DNA from: an uncultured Chlamydiae bacterium
GTDB taxonomy: Bacteria > Chlamydiota > Chlamydiia > Chlamydiales > JAJFMA01
DNA: 64,000 bases
NCBI GenBank assembly: GCA_963713615.1
Contig: CAVQMM010000001.1
Location: 896,001-960,000, forward strand
Direction of reading: 5' to 3'
Below, in pieces: positions 20,540 to 30,695 of this stretch. The notes below the pieces were generated by a model. That model made no database searches and had not been told where the DNA came from. It was given only the letters and a program-made list of their open reading frames with translations. Numbering within the stretch: position 1 is the first letter of the stretch; each line of letters opens with the position of its first letter. A program made the translations under genes and the position numbers.

Positions 20540-21685
20540 ATGAAACGCCGATATTTGATCGTTATTGTCACCATCCTCATCCTTTTCGGTGTTGCGTATT
20601 GCTTTGTTTTTGGGAGTTCTACCAACACCACCACGGAGGCAATACCGGCTGTTCCTGTGGTCGTCAAGACGGTACAAGCTAAACAAATTCACCTTTGGTA
20701 TGAGTTTTCAGGTCGTCTACAAGCTGTCGACAGTGTGGAAATTAGGCATGAAGTCAGTGGACGTATCACTCAAGTACGTTTTCAAGATGGCAATCGCGTA
20801 AAGGTTGGAGACATTCTCTTTGTTATTGATCCTAGACCCTACGAAGCTGCTGTAGCGCGTGCAGAAGCAACCCTAGCCACGGCCATTTCCGATGCACATT
20901 TTGCTAAAATCGAACTGGAACGCGCAGAGAATATGGTCAAAACAGAAGCCGTTGCACAGCGTATTTTTGATGAGCGTTCTAAAGATAACGATACCGCTGT
21001 GGCTGCAGTTAAGTCTGCTGAAGCTCAGCTTAAGCAGGCTAATTTGGATCTTGAACATGCCTACGTCCGATCTCCTATCGCTGGTCGTGCGGGTCGCGTA
21101 GAAATAACGCTTGGTAACTTGGTGCAGGCTGGACCTAATGCACCCTTGATGACTCGGGTCAATTCCAGCGACCCCATCTACGCGGACTTTGATGTCGACG
21201 AACAGACCTACATTCAAAGCATTCGGCACGCTGCTGACAATCAAAGTTTGGAACGGCATGTTCCAGTAGAACTCTCTGTACAGGGAGATAAGGAATACAG
21301 CTATATAGGGACGATTTACAGCTTTGACAATCGTTTAGATCCCTCCAGTGGGACAATTCGCGCGCGTGCTAAGTTCACTAATACCGATGGTGTGTTGGTC
21401 CCGGGGATGTTTGTCACCGTAAAGATCGCCAGTGGTGATAAAAAAGACGTCTTCTTGATACCACAACGTGCTATCGGTTACGATCAAAACAAAAAATATG
21501 TGTACATCGTGGACAAAGATCAAAAGGCTGAATATCGTCCCATTGAACTGGGACCCGAAGTAGAGAACCAACGCGTTGTTTTGAAGGGACTAAGCGCAGG
21601 AGACCGCGTGATTGTCAACGGCCTGCAGCATGTCAAACCTGGATCAGTCGTAACTGCCAAAGAAGAAGGCGCAAATGACGGCTAA
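20540..21685 (+). CDS. RND efflux periplasmic adaptor (MexE/OqxA-like)
   Basis: N-terminal TM; V.G.I..V.F..G..VK.GD.LF.IDPRPY lipoyl motif; GTIRARA. Confidence 0.92.
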   Translation: MKRRYLIVIVTILILFGVAYCFVFGSSTNTTTEAIPAVPVVVKTVQAKQIHLWYEFSGRLQAVDSVEIRHEVSGRITQVRFQDGNRVKVGDILFVIDPRPYEAAVARAEATLATAISDAHFAKIELERAENMVKTEAVAQRIFDERSKDNDTAVAAVKSAEAQLKQANLDLEHAYVRSPIAGRAGRVEITLGNLVQAGPNAPLMTRVNSSDPIYADFDVDEQTYIQSIRHAADNQSLERHVPVELSVQGDKEYSYIGTIYSFDNRLDPSSGTIRARAKFTNTDGVLVPGMFVTVKIASGDKKDVFLIPQRAIGYDQNKKYVYIVDKDQKAEYRPIELGPEVENQRVVLKGLSAGDRVIVNGLQHVKPGSVVTAKEEGANDG

Positions 21686-24600
21686 CATTGGCAGTAGCAA
21701 ATCCTTAAATATTTCCCGCTTCTTCATCGATCGCCCCATCTTTGCTGGTGTCATTTCCTTCATGATCTTTCTGGCAGGTCTACTTTCGGTATTTCAGCTA
21801 CCCGTGTCAGAGTATCCTCAAGTGGTCCCTCCAACAGTCGTTGTAACGGCAAGTTTTCCTGGTGCTAATCCCAAAGTCATTGCCGAAACCGTTGCCACAC
21901 CTCTTGAGGAACAGATTAACGGCACCGAAAACATGCTCTATATGACCTCACAATCCTCTAATGATGGTGTATTGACTTTAACAATCACCTTTCGACTGGG
22001 GACTGATCCTGATCTTGCCACACAGCTTGTGCAAAACCGGGTTAACCAAGCGCTACCGCGCTTGCCCGAGGTCACTAGAGAGCTCGGAGTGACAACCACC
22101 AAAAGCTCTCCTGACTTAACGATGGTCGTTCACCTCAATTCGCCAAATGATCGCTATGACATGCTTTATTTGCGCAATTATGCCCTGCTTAACGTCAAGG
22201 ACCAGTTAGCCAAAATTCAGGGCGTAGGCAATGTCGGACTATTTGGTTCGGGCGACTACGCCATGCGCATTTGGTTGAATCCACAGAAAATCGCTGAGCG
22301 CAAACTTAACGCTCAGGAAGTTGTCAATGCCGTTAGAAGGCAAAACGTGCAGGTGTCAGCAGGCGTCATCGGAGGCCCGCCATACGCAAAAGGTGTTGAG
22401 CTACAATTACCCGTCAACGTGCTGGGAAGGCTGCAAGATCCGGAGGAGTTTGGAGAAATCATCGTCAAGCAGGAGGGTGGGGTTGTTACCAAACTGAAGG
22501 ATATTGCGGGAATCGATATTGACGCCTCTGAATATGGGCTTCGTTCCTTATTAAACAATAAAGCGGCTGTTGCCATTCCCATTTTTCAGACTCCAGGCGC
22601 CAATGCCATTCAGATATCTAATCAGGTACGTCAAACAATGGCGCAACTCAAGGCTAATTTTCCCGATGGGGTAGACTATGACATTGTTTATGATCCTACC
22701 ATCTTTGTACGAGATTCCATCACAGCAGTGATTCACACGTTACTCGAGGCCTTGGCTTTGGTGGTTCTCGTCGTGATCGTCTTTTTGCAAACATGGCGCG
22801 CTTCAATCATCCCGCTTTTGGCGGTACCTGTGTCGATCGTAGGAACATTCGCGATCATGCATCTCTTTGGTTTTTCCATTAATGCCCTGTCTTTGTTTGG
22901 GCTCGTTCTTGCCATCGGTATCGTGGTGGATGATGCCATTGTCGTCGTCGAGAATGTCGAACGGCATATTGAAGATGGCATGAAACCTCGCGAAGCCACG
23001 ATACAAGCCATGAGCGAAGTGACAAGCCCTATTATCGCTATCACGCTGGTCCTATGCGCTGTATTTATCCCTGTCAGCTTCATTAGTGGGTTGACGGGAC
23101 AATTCTATCGACAATTTGCTTTAACAATAGCCTTTTCGACGGTCATTTCTGCATTTAATTCTCTGACCCTCAGCCCAGCACTCGCTTGCATCCTCTTAAA
23201 AGAACGCGATGCTCCCAAAGACAAGCTGACATCTATGATGGATTCCCTATTTGGGTTCTTTTTTAAGTGGTTCAATAGTTTTTTCCATCAGAGCTCTAAG
23301 CGCTATGGAAAGGGCGTTTTTAAAACACTGCGCCACACCAAATTCGCCTTTGGATTTTATGTGGTCTTGATGGTGGCTACCTATACACTCTTCCATCTTG
23401 TCCCCACAGGCTTTGTACCTACCCAGGACAAACAATATTTGGTGAGTTTTGCTCAGCTTCCCGAAGGAGCCACCCTAGACCGTACAGAGAAGGTGATTCG
23501 CGAAATGTCTGAGATAGCCCTAAAGGAACCAGGGGTGCAAAGTGCCGTCGCTTTTCCTGGTCTTTCCATTAATGGTTTTATCAATAATGCGAGCTCGGGC
23601 ATTGTATTTGTCACATTAAAACCTTTTGATGAGCGAAAGTCATCCGATCTTTCAGGCTTTGCTATTTCTCAAAAGCTGCAGAACAAGTTTTCGGGCATGC
23701 AAGATGCCTTCATAGCCATCTTTCCCCCTCCAGCCGTTGAGGGACTTGGCACTATAGGAGGCTTTAAATTACAACTCGAAGATCGTGCTGACTTGGGATA
23801 TGATGCCCTAGATAGCGCTGTGAAAGAGATTATTGCTAAGGCCAATACCGCTCCGGAACTTGAAGGCGCCTTCTCCAGTTTTAAAAATAATACACCTCAG
23901 CTTTTTGTTGATTTGGATCGAACCAAAGCCATGCAGCTAGGCGTCGATGTGCAGGATATCTTCGACGCCATGCAAATCTATTTGGGGTCTCTTTACATCA
24001 ACGACTTCAATAAATTTGGGCGCACCTTCCAAGTGATTGCGCAGGCCGATAAGCAATTTCGCTCTAAAGCAAGTGACATATTGAAATTACAGACACGTAA
24101 TCGCGATGGAAATATGGTGCCTCTCGGCTCTGTACTACATGTCACGGATGTCACGGGTCCTGAAACAGCCATCCGTTACAATGCTTTTCTTTCTGCAGAT
24201 ATCAACGGAGCTCCAGCTTCAGGGTACTCCACCGGCCAGGCACAGCAAGCCATCGTTAAAATCCTCAATGAAACACTCCCAAAAGGCATAAGTTATGAGT
24301 GGACAGAACTCACCTATCAACAAATCCTTGCTGGCAATACAACCATGTACGTGTTCCCACTCTGCATTCTGTTGGTGTTTTTGGTGTTGTCAGCGAAATA
24401 TGAAAGCCTATTCTTACCGCTAATTATCATTTTAATTGTTCCACTATGCCTGCTATGCGCCATTGCCGGAGTGCGAATCTCTGGTGGTGACAACAACGTC
24501 TTCACCCAAATCGGCTTCTTTGTCCTTGCAGGATTGGCCTGCAAAAATGCCATTCTAATTGTTGAGTTTGCTCGCGAATTAGAATTTCATGGCGCTAGAA

Positions 24601-24866
24601 CAGTCCCTGCAGCATTAGAGGCGGCACGCTTGCGACTCAGGCCCATCCTGATGACTTCATTTGCGTTCATCATGGGAGTGGTGCCTTTAGTCCTATCAAC
24701 CGGTGCTGGGGCAGAAATGCGGCATGCTATGGGCGTCGCAGTTTTTTCAGGGATGCTCGGTGTGACCTGCTTTGGACTATTTTTTACTCCGGTCTTCTAC
24801 GTCATCCTACGCACTTTGGAGAAAAAAATTACTAGAACGGAAAAGGTTCATCACCATGCAGAATAG
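21675..24866 (+). CDS. RND efflux permease (MexF/OqxB-like)
   Basis: FFIDRPIFA, GIVVDDAIVVVENVER, RLRPILMTS. Confidence 0.95.
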   Translation: MTANIGSSKSLNISRFFIDRPIFAGVISFMIFLAGLLSVFQLPVSEYPQVVPPTVVVTASFPGANPKVIAETVATPLEEQINGTENMLYMTSQSSNDGVLTLTITFRLGTDPDLATQLVQNRVNQALPRLPEVTRELGVTTTKSSPDLTMVVHLNSPNDRYDMLYLRNYALLNVKDQLAKIQGVGNVGLFGSGDYAMRIWLNPQKIAERKLNAQEVVNAVRRQNVQVSAGVIGGPPYAKGVELQLPVNVLGRLQDPEEFGEIIVKQEGGVVTKLKDIAGIDIDASEYGLRSLLNNKAAVAIPIFQTPGANAIQISNQVRQTMAQLKANFPDGVDYDIVYDPTIFVRDSITAVIHTLLEALALVVLVVIVFLQTWRASIIPLLAVPVSIVGTFAIMHLFGFSINALSLFGLVLAIGIVVDDAIVVVENVERHIEDGMKPREATIQAMSEVTSPIIAITLVLCAVFIPVSFISGLTGQFYRQFALTIAFSTVISAFNSLTLSPALACILLKERDAPKDKLTSMMDSLFGFFFKWFNSFFHQSSKRYGKGVFKTLRHTKFAFGFYVVLMVATYTLFHLVPTGFVPTQDKQYLVSFAQLPEGATLDRTEKVIREMSEIALKEPGVQSAVAFPGLSINGFINNASSGIVFVTLKPFDERKSSDLSGFAISQKLQNKFSGMQDAFIAIFPPPAVEGLGTIGGFKLQLEDRADLGYDALDSAVKEIIAKANTAPELEGAFSSFKNNTPQLFVDLDRTKAMQLGVDVQDIFDAMQIYLGSLYINDFNKFGRTFQVIAQADKQFRSKASDILKLQTRNRDGNMVPLGSVLHVTDVTGPETAIRYNAFLSADINGAPASGYSTGQAQQAIVKILNETLPKGISYEWTELTYQQILAGNTTMYVFPLCILLVFLVLSAKYESLFLPLIIILIVPLCLLCAIAGVRISGGDNNVFTQIGFFVLAGLACKNAILIVEFARELEFHGARTVPAALEAARLRLRPILMTSFAFIMGVVPLVLSTGAGAEMRHAMGVAVFSGMLGVTCFGLFFTPVFYVILRTLEKKITRTEKVHHHAE

Positions 24867-26262
24867 GATACCACACGCGTTCACATTCACCTTTTCGTTG
24901 GCCCTCATGCTGCTTTCTGCGTGCAACACACCATCCACTCGAGACTCCGATATCGACATTCCATGCTTGTGGAATAGCTTTAAAGACATGTCAGAAGATC
25001 TCCCGCTCGTTGTCGATGATTGCGCTGCTGTCGAACAACGTTGGTGGTCTGGTTTTGGAGACCCTATCTTAAACACTCTCATCGCCAAGGCCCTGGAGCA
25101 AAATAGAACCATCGCAATTGCAGCGACGCGTATTCAAGAAGCTCGAGCCGTCCGTGTTGCAGCCTTCTCCATTCTTTTTCCAAAGCTAAACCTAACAGCA
25201 GATGCCAACTATGGGAACCAAGGGTTTTACACGAATGGAAACACTCTAGCTTATGATGATGCAGCCATCCAAGCAACCTGGGAATTTGACCTTTTCGGTA
25301 AGAATCGAGAACGCCTAGATTCCGCAAATGCCCTTGTAGAGGCGGCTGTTATCATGCGACAAGCCGCTATAGTCTCTCTACTTGCAGAGGTTGCCAACGC
25401 GTATTTTGACCTCCATAACTATCGCACCCAAATTGTTATCACGAAAGAAAACCTGGAAAGCCAACAGAGAACTTATGAACTCACCCAGGAGCAGATGAAG
25501 GGAGCCTTAGCTAGCGATTTCGACGTTCAAAGAGCCGGAGCATTAGTATCCACTACAGAAGCACGGATCCCCTTGTTACAAATTGGCTATGATATGGCGC
25601 GCAATCGTTTGAATGTCCTCCTAGGCAGCACTCCCACCGATAACAGTGATCTTTTTGAAATAGAGGAAAAATTACGCCCCCTTGATCAGCATATCCTTAT
25701 TTCGGCACCAGCAACGGTTTTAGCGACTCGCCCCGATGTTCGAGCTGCAGAGCGACAGTTTGCTGCAAGTATCTCCGAAACGAATGCTGCCATCAGAGAA
25801 CTCTTCCCAAACATCAGCTTACTGGCCTTCTTTGGGGCGCAAGGAATGACCCTATTTAACACTGCCCCCACCTGGAACCTTGTGGCTAATCTGGTGCAAC
25901 CCTTGCTAAATTTTGGAAACATCGAAGCCGATATCATCAACGCCGACGCACGCGAATGGAGAGCTTATCTTGAATACCAAGAGACCACTCTGAATGCATT
26001 AGAAGAAATGGAAAATGCTCTAACCAGCTACCTTCGCGAGATCGTGCGTAACGGGTCATTACGAAAAGCCACAGAACAAAACCTCAGGGCTGTGGACTTG
26101 GCTCAGCAACAATATGTTAATGGCTACACAGGTCTTCTCGATGTGTTGGTCGTAAAACGCAATGCCTTAGACATCGAGTCCAACCTAGCAGAGTCTGATA
26201 TTAAGCTTAGAAAGAGCTTGGTGGATATCTATACTGCCGCCGGTGGAGGCTGGGCCTACTAA
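24856..26262 (+). CDS. Efflux outer membrane lipoprotein (NodT/OprN-like)
   Basis: Lipobox LLSAC; WEFDLFG, RPDVRAAE, terminal GGGW. Confidence 0.9.
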   Translation: MQNRIPHAFTFTFSLALMLLSACNTPSTRDSDIDIPCLWNSFKDMSEDLPLVVDDCAAVEQRWWSGFGDPILNTLIAKALEQNRTIAIAATRIQEARAVRVAAFSILFPKLNLTADANYGNQGFYTNGNTLAYDDAAIQATWEFDLFGKNRERLDSANALVEAAVIMRQAAIVSLLAEVANAYFDLHNYRTQIVITKENLESQQRTYELTQEQMKGALASDFDVQRAGALVSTTEARIPLLQIGYDMARNRLNVLLGSTPTDNSDLFEIEEKLRPLDQHILISAPATVLATRPDVRAAERQFAASISETNAAIRELFPNISLLAFFGAQGMTLFNTAPTWNLVANLVQPLLNFGNIEADIINADAREWRAYLEYQETTLNALEEMENALTSYLREIVRNGSLRKATEQNLRAVDLAQQQYVNGYTGLLDVLVVKRNALDIESNLAESDIKLRKSLVDIYTAAGGGWAY

Positions 26263-26345
26263 ATTAGATAGCTTCCAAACAATAGGCCACTTATGCTATG
26301 GTGACCGCGTATTTGTTGAAATGGAGAGATTTCACTTAAATACTT

Positions 26346-26460
26346 GATGGACTAAATGGACATAAGTGGACCTAGTGGACAAAGAGTTAAGAGTAACAAA
26401 TCCAAACTGTGGTTTTGTCCATATTGTCCAGTCAGTCCATGATGTCCATTAAGTCCATCG
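26346..26460. repeat. Family E palindrome (about 9-bp periodic ggac / gtcc arms)
   Basis: ggactaaatggacataagtggacctagtggac...gtccatattgtccagtcagtccatgatgtccattaagtcc; related sequence at 0.6, 42.9/46.0, 50.3/50.7 and 62.5 kb. Confidence 0.65.
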
Positions 26461-26596
26461 GCTTCCAGACGAAGAAGCCTTACAAGCATCTTTAATAGAT
26501 CTTAATGCTGTTAGTATCTAATAGCGGCGAAAAAAGACTATGATGGCTGACAAGACATCGTAGGAACATAAGACCTAATGGAGAGGAGGGTTTTCC

Positions 26597-27433
26597 ATGG
26601 GTAACGAAGGGGCATATGATACGATTGCTGAAATCGCCGGCAATCAAGAAGCCTACAATTCATGCGATCTGAAAGAGCTTTCGCTAGAACAAGCCATTCG
26701 CCTCATGCAATTGCACAAAATGCATAAGGCTCAAAAAGAGATGGTTTCGATGAGCCAAGACCTCAAGGACCGTCATCGCAAGGTCCATGAGCTTCATAAG
26801 CTGCTGCAACTCATTCAGAAAAATACCATTCAAGAAGATGGCCCAGACCGCGGTAAGCTCAAGCTCACGCACCCTAACCTCAAAAATCCACATGTTGAGC
26901 TAGCTGCAGACCTCAGCCGAGCCCTTAAGGGTCAAACCAAGCAAGTCTTGGCAAAGGATGGTTCCAAACAATTGCGCATTGACCTCACGGATGATGCCAA
27001 CCAATCCATCCGCGATCTACTCGTTAAGGCCAAGGTAAACGGCTTGGAAGTCGAACTCAAAGACGTCTACGAGGGTGAAGAGGTCCAAAAGCTTCAAGAT
27101 GCCATCAAAGCTATGACCGGTATCCAAAGTGATGATGCCTGGAACAAAGTTAAAGATATCCTCGAACTGCGCATACGCCTGCAACAAGCCAAAGAAGTTT
27201 ATGGCATCGAATTCAAATGGCCCGCAGACGAATATCCTCGCGAAGATCGCGAAGCTCTCACAACGGCCATTGACACGACGTGCAAAGACTTAAATCTGCA
27301 AAATGACATGCAGATGCATGATATCAACCGCGCCTATCAGGAAAGACTGGAAATCTTGCAGATGGCACGTTCCATCATCAAGACTTTACATGACGACAAG
27401 ATCCACAAATCGCGCTCATCAGGTTCACGTTAA
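26597..27433 (+). CDS. Putative T3SS tip/filament protein (Bsp22/EspA-like), paralog 1
   Basis: N- and C-terminal coiled coils, DMQMHDINR.YQER.EILQM tail; strong RBS; paralog at 31634. Confidence 0.55.
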   Translation: MGNEGAYDTIAEIAGNQEAYNSCDLKELSLEQAIRLMQLHKMHKAQKEMVSMSQDLKDRHRKVHELHKLLQLIQKNTIQEDGPDRGKLKLTHPNLKNPHVELAADLSRALKGQTKQVLAKDGSKQLRIDLTDDANQSIRDLLVKAKVNGLEVELKDVYEGEEVQKLQDAIKAMTGIQSDDAWNKVKDILELRIRLQQAKEVYGIEFKWPADEYPREDREALTTAIDTTCKDLNLQNDMQMHDINRAYQERLEILQMARSIIKTLHDDKIHKSRSSGSR

Positions 27434-27439
27434 GGATAA

Positions 27440-28891
27440 GTGATGTCGGGAATAGAAATTGATAATGATGTTGGCCGCCTAGATCACGGGTACATTCCTG
27501 CTGATTGGGGCATTCAGGACTACCATACTGGGATTCCTTCGAAGGAAGAACAGGAAAAAAAATCCGCAAGCTTGCCGGCTAGCTGGTATGCCGATTCTAT
27601 CGCTACCCATCCCAAGAACATTGTGCATGGTGCGGCAGAATCCACTAACTCCATCGTGCCTTCAAAACAGGTGCTGTTTGGTTGGTCGAGCAGCGATACG
27701 CAATCGAGTGCTGAAGGCACTGAGAAAACAGAAGAATCCTCCAGCTCCTGGTGGGGATCTATGATTGGTGGGCTTAAAAACCTGATGGGACTATCTTCTG
27801 CTGAAGAATCTCAGGCAGCCGTTCAAGTTGACGAAAGCCAAGCTGTATCTTCATCGTGGTATGAGTACCTGAATCCTTCAGGGGTCATGACGGGTGTCTC
27901 AGATATGGTCAAAGGGCTATGGGGAACCATTACCTTCGCTGAAACAGCCTTCAGCGACCCTAATGTCAAAAGCGTAGAAATCCCCGTTACCAATCCAGAC
28001 GGCACTGCAAATCCCTTTGGTGGACGTCGCATCACGCGTGACGACTACCGTGAGCTCCTACGCTTCCGAGATGACACCCAAGAGCTGATGGATAGACTCA
28101 CCGCCGCTGAAAAAGATGGAAACTTGGAAGCTCTAATCGTTGCTTTGACCAAGGCATTGGCAACCGATAAAGAAGACGAATTCGACTACCAAAAGAAGAA
28201 GCTTGCAGAGAGCCATAAGGAACGCGATGCAGACCTCAAGCTGCGCGATAAGGCCTCTGTTCAACTGTTGAGCCGAATCAAAGACAACCGTTGGTGGGAC
28301 TGGTTCTACGAATCCACAACACAAACATCGCTAGCTTTTGGTGGCTTAGCACTAGGGGTAGCGTCGGGAGTATGGGGTTGGGCTCTTCCCATGATCGCCT
28401 TCTCGGGCGTTGGCTTGGTGAACTCATACCTTAACAGTGGCATAGAAAAGTCTGCTGCTAGCGTTACTGCAAAACCCACCAGCTGGATCTTTGGTAGTGA
28501 CTACCAAGAAACAGTCTCTAGGCATACCGAAAAGTGGAAGACTGCCCACAAGGTATTTTGGTGGGCTATGACCCTTGCGGCGCCTGGTATGATTGCTGCG
28601 AGTAATATCGGAGCCGTCGGCGAGGGCTTGGTAAAAGCTCTCTTTGGGGGCTTCGGCATCATGCAAAACTTAGGCCAAAGCCGGAAAGTCTACCTGCACG
28701 ACCAAACACGTAAGTTACAAGCTGAAATAGACTACCGTCACGATCGTCTGAGAGAGGCTGAAAAGTCCATTAGCTCGGGAATTTCGGGGCTGACAAGCAC
28801 TTATAAAAGTTATTCCTCCACTTGGAAGGAAGGGCAACGCATGCTCAAACAGACAGCGCGCCTCGTTAAAAGTTTTTTCATGAAAAATTAA
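27440..28891 (+). CDS. Putative major hydrophobic T3SS translocator (SctE/CopB-like), paralog 1
   Basis: Ser-rich disordered N-terminus, coiled coil, Gly/Ala-rich hydrophobic segments, C-terminal coiled coil. Confidence 0.6.
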   Translation: MMSGIEIDNDVGRLDHGYIPADWGIQDYHTGIPSKEEQEKKSASLPASWYADSIATHPKNIVHGAAESTNSIVPSKQVLFGWSSSDTQSSAEGTEKTEESSSSWWGSMIGGLKNLMGLSSAEESQAAVQVDESQAVSSSWYEYLNPSGVMTGVSDMVKGLWGTITFAETAFSDPNVKSVEIPVTNPDGTANPFGGRRITRDDYRELLRFRDDTQELMDRLTAAEKDGNLEALIVALTKALATDKEDEFDYQKKKLAESHKERDADLKLRDKASVQLLSRIKDNRWWDWFYESTTQTSLAFGGLALGVASGVWGWALPMIAFSGVGLVNSYLNSGIEKSAASVTAKPTSWIFGSDYQETVSRHTEKWKTAHKVFWWAMTLAAPGMIAASNIGAVGEGLVKALFGGFGIMQNLGQSRKVYLHDQTRKLQAEIDYRHDRLREAEKSISSGISGLTSTYKSYSSTWKEGQRMLKQTARLVKSFFMKN

Positions 28892-28916
28892 ATGGGTACA
28901 TACTAGGAGCATCCCT

Positions 28917-29534
28917 ATGGAAATTACAGACTATAATGATCAAACCTCCGCTACTTATTACAATGATGAATCGGACATCAAGGCACATGGCTATGCATCT
29001 GATGCGATCATGTCCCAGCTCGATGCCATGAACCTCGAAAACATGGATCCCCTGTCATTGGTTTCTTGGCTGGGCAAGCTGTGCCTAACGACAAACCATG
29101 ATTCCAACAAGATCGCCACTCGTGAAGCGGAGTTCAAAAAGAAGACGGCCATCCAATTGCGCTTTAGCATTAAGGAATGTGCCAATACTGTCGGTTGGTT
29201 GTTTTGCTCAGCTGTTAGCGTAGCCGTTAATGCTGGAGGCCTTGTTTGGTTCGGTACTACTGTGATGAAAGATGGTAGCGCTGCTGCTGGTCAGTCCGCC
29301 ATTACAGCGACGCAGCAAATGTCCACCATGTTGCAGCCTGGAACAGCTTATTGCCAACAGCGTGATGAAGCTGCTAAGACATCCATGTCGTCAGATCAAC
29401 AAGTGGTTAATAGCGACCGCGACAACCAAAAGCAAAATCTGAGTGCTCGCGAGCAAACGATGGAGACAATGAAGGGCCAATTGCAGCAACTTCTCGATAA
29501 AGCGGCTCAAGTCATTAACGCCATCTGGGGTTAA
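28917..29534 (+). CDS. Putative minor hydrophobic T3SS translocator (SctB/CopD-like), paralog 1
   Basis: One hydrophobic segment, Gln-rich C-terminal coiled coil ending in an amphipathic helix. Confidence 0.55.
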   Translation: MEITDYNDQTSATYYNDESDIKAHGYASDAIMSQLDAMNLENMDPLSLVSWLGKLCLTTNHDSNKIATREAEFKKKTAIQLRFSIKECANTVGWLFCSAVSVAVNAGGLVWFGTTVMKDGSAAAGQSAITATQQMSTMLQPGTAYCQQRDEAAKTSMSSDQQVVNSDRDNQKQNLSAREQTMETMKGQLQQLLDKAAQVINAIWG

Positions 29535-29541
29535 TTAGAAA

Positions 29542-29575
29542 GCAGTCATGGAAATCATTCCATGACTGCAAAAAC
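29542..29575. terminator. Hairpin between convergent genes (related to family G)
   Basis: gcagtcatggaa-atca-ttccatgactgc followed by an A run. Confidence 0.55.
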
Positions 29576-29696
29576 AATTGAAACAGATTCCATTTGCATC
29601 ACATCGGACGTTGTTTTGCACGTCTCCACAATTGCAACGGGTCCGCAGTCATGGAATGACTGCGCCACATAGGAAGCCAAAAAGCACAGATCTCAC

Positions 29697-30602
29697 TTAT
29701 TGAACCTCAACCGCTTTCGCTATGCGTTTCTTTCGGTCTTCCACACGCCACTCTACGGTTCCTACGCTCCAATAGTGAGTGGATAGTTCATGTGCCGTCG
29801 TCTTCAATTCCTTTGCAGCGCGCTCCATGATCCCTGGAATGGTCTCAGCTCTTGCCATGAATTCGCATAGGCGTCTAATGCCATCATCTGGTGAGTATTG
29901 GTTTTTCCATTGAAAGTCCACGAGGCTGACTCCTTGGCCATCGCTACGCAATAGAGTATTGGTAAACCCAATATCCCAGTAACCCGTCTTCAGAATAAAT
30001 ACTTCTAGTTCACCCACGATAGCATCTATTTTGGTGCGCAGTTCTAGGTTCCCATTATCTGCCTGATAGACCAATTTATTCCAAATATCATCAGGAGCAC
30101 CATAACCATGTGCGACAGCTTCCACCTTCTCCTCGATAAGTAGGTACATCTGGCCCTGGTATTTATCAATGATGCCCTCTAGCAGGATCTTCGCCGAACG
30201 TGGAATGTGAATGTACTGCAGATGATTGTCCACCACTGCCCGTCTCGCTAATTCAGCCGTTGAAATGCGCTCGTTTGCTTGGCCTTCATCCACTATTTTT
30301 AAAATCAAGTTTGGGTAGTCCGCATGCACAAAGGCCGCAGTGTATTTCCCCTTATATAATGCGGAAATATTTGGTCCTGGATTCTCTCTGTCAAAATGTG
30401 AGTAGTCTTTCTTTACCGTATCATAGATAGCCGCTAAGCCAGCCTTTGAAAACCATAGATCTAAAGACTTGGATGACGAACGAACCACATCGCCACAGTA
30501 GTCATCGCTGCAATACACTGTCTCAAAAATGGTTTGGAAGTCTGGGGTAGACGCAGTCGCTTCGAACGGGCTAAAGAATAGGGTTAATAACAAAAGAAAC
30601 AT
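29697..30602 (-). CDS. Signal-peptide protein with kinase-like motifs
   Basis: MFLLLLTLFFSPFEATA signal; ILKI, WDIGFTN, SLVDF spacing recalls a kinase fold. Confidence 0.6.
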   Translation of the reverse strand: MFLLLLTLFFSPFEATASTPDFQTIFETVYCSDDYCGDVVRSSSKSLDLWFSKAGLAAIYDTVKKDYSHFDRENPGPNISALYKGKYTAAFVHADYPNLILKIVDEGQANERISTAELARRAVVDNHLQYIHIPRSAKILLEGIIDKYQGQMYLLIEEKVEAVAHGYGAPDDIWNKLVYQADNGNLELRTKIDAIVGELEVFILKTGYWDIGFTNTLLRSDGQGVSLVDFQWKNQYSPDDGIRRLCEFMARAETIPGIMERAAKELKTTAHELSTHYWSVGTVEWRVEDRKKRIAKAVEVQ

Positions 30603-30695
30603 TTTTATTACTCCTTAAGCATATATGTTACTTACGAATCACGAATTTTATCATGTTTAATTATTTTTTTCAAGTTTATTTTATATTGTGCATGT

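Noticed and set aside
24772..24855. Longer start for the efflux outer membrane protein
   Set aside because: It overlaps the permease; the lipoprotein signal begins at ATG 24856.
26346..26460. CRISPR array
   Set aside because: Only 4-5 bp motifs at about 9-bp period arranged as an inverted pair; no repeat-spacer structure and no cas genes in the window.
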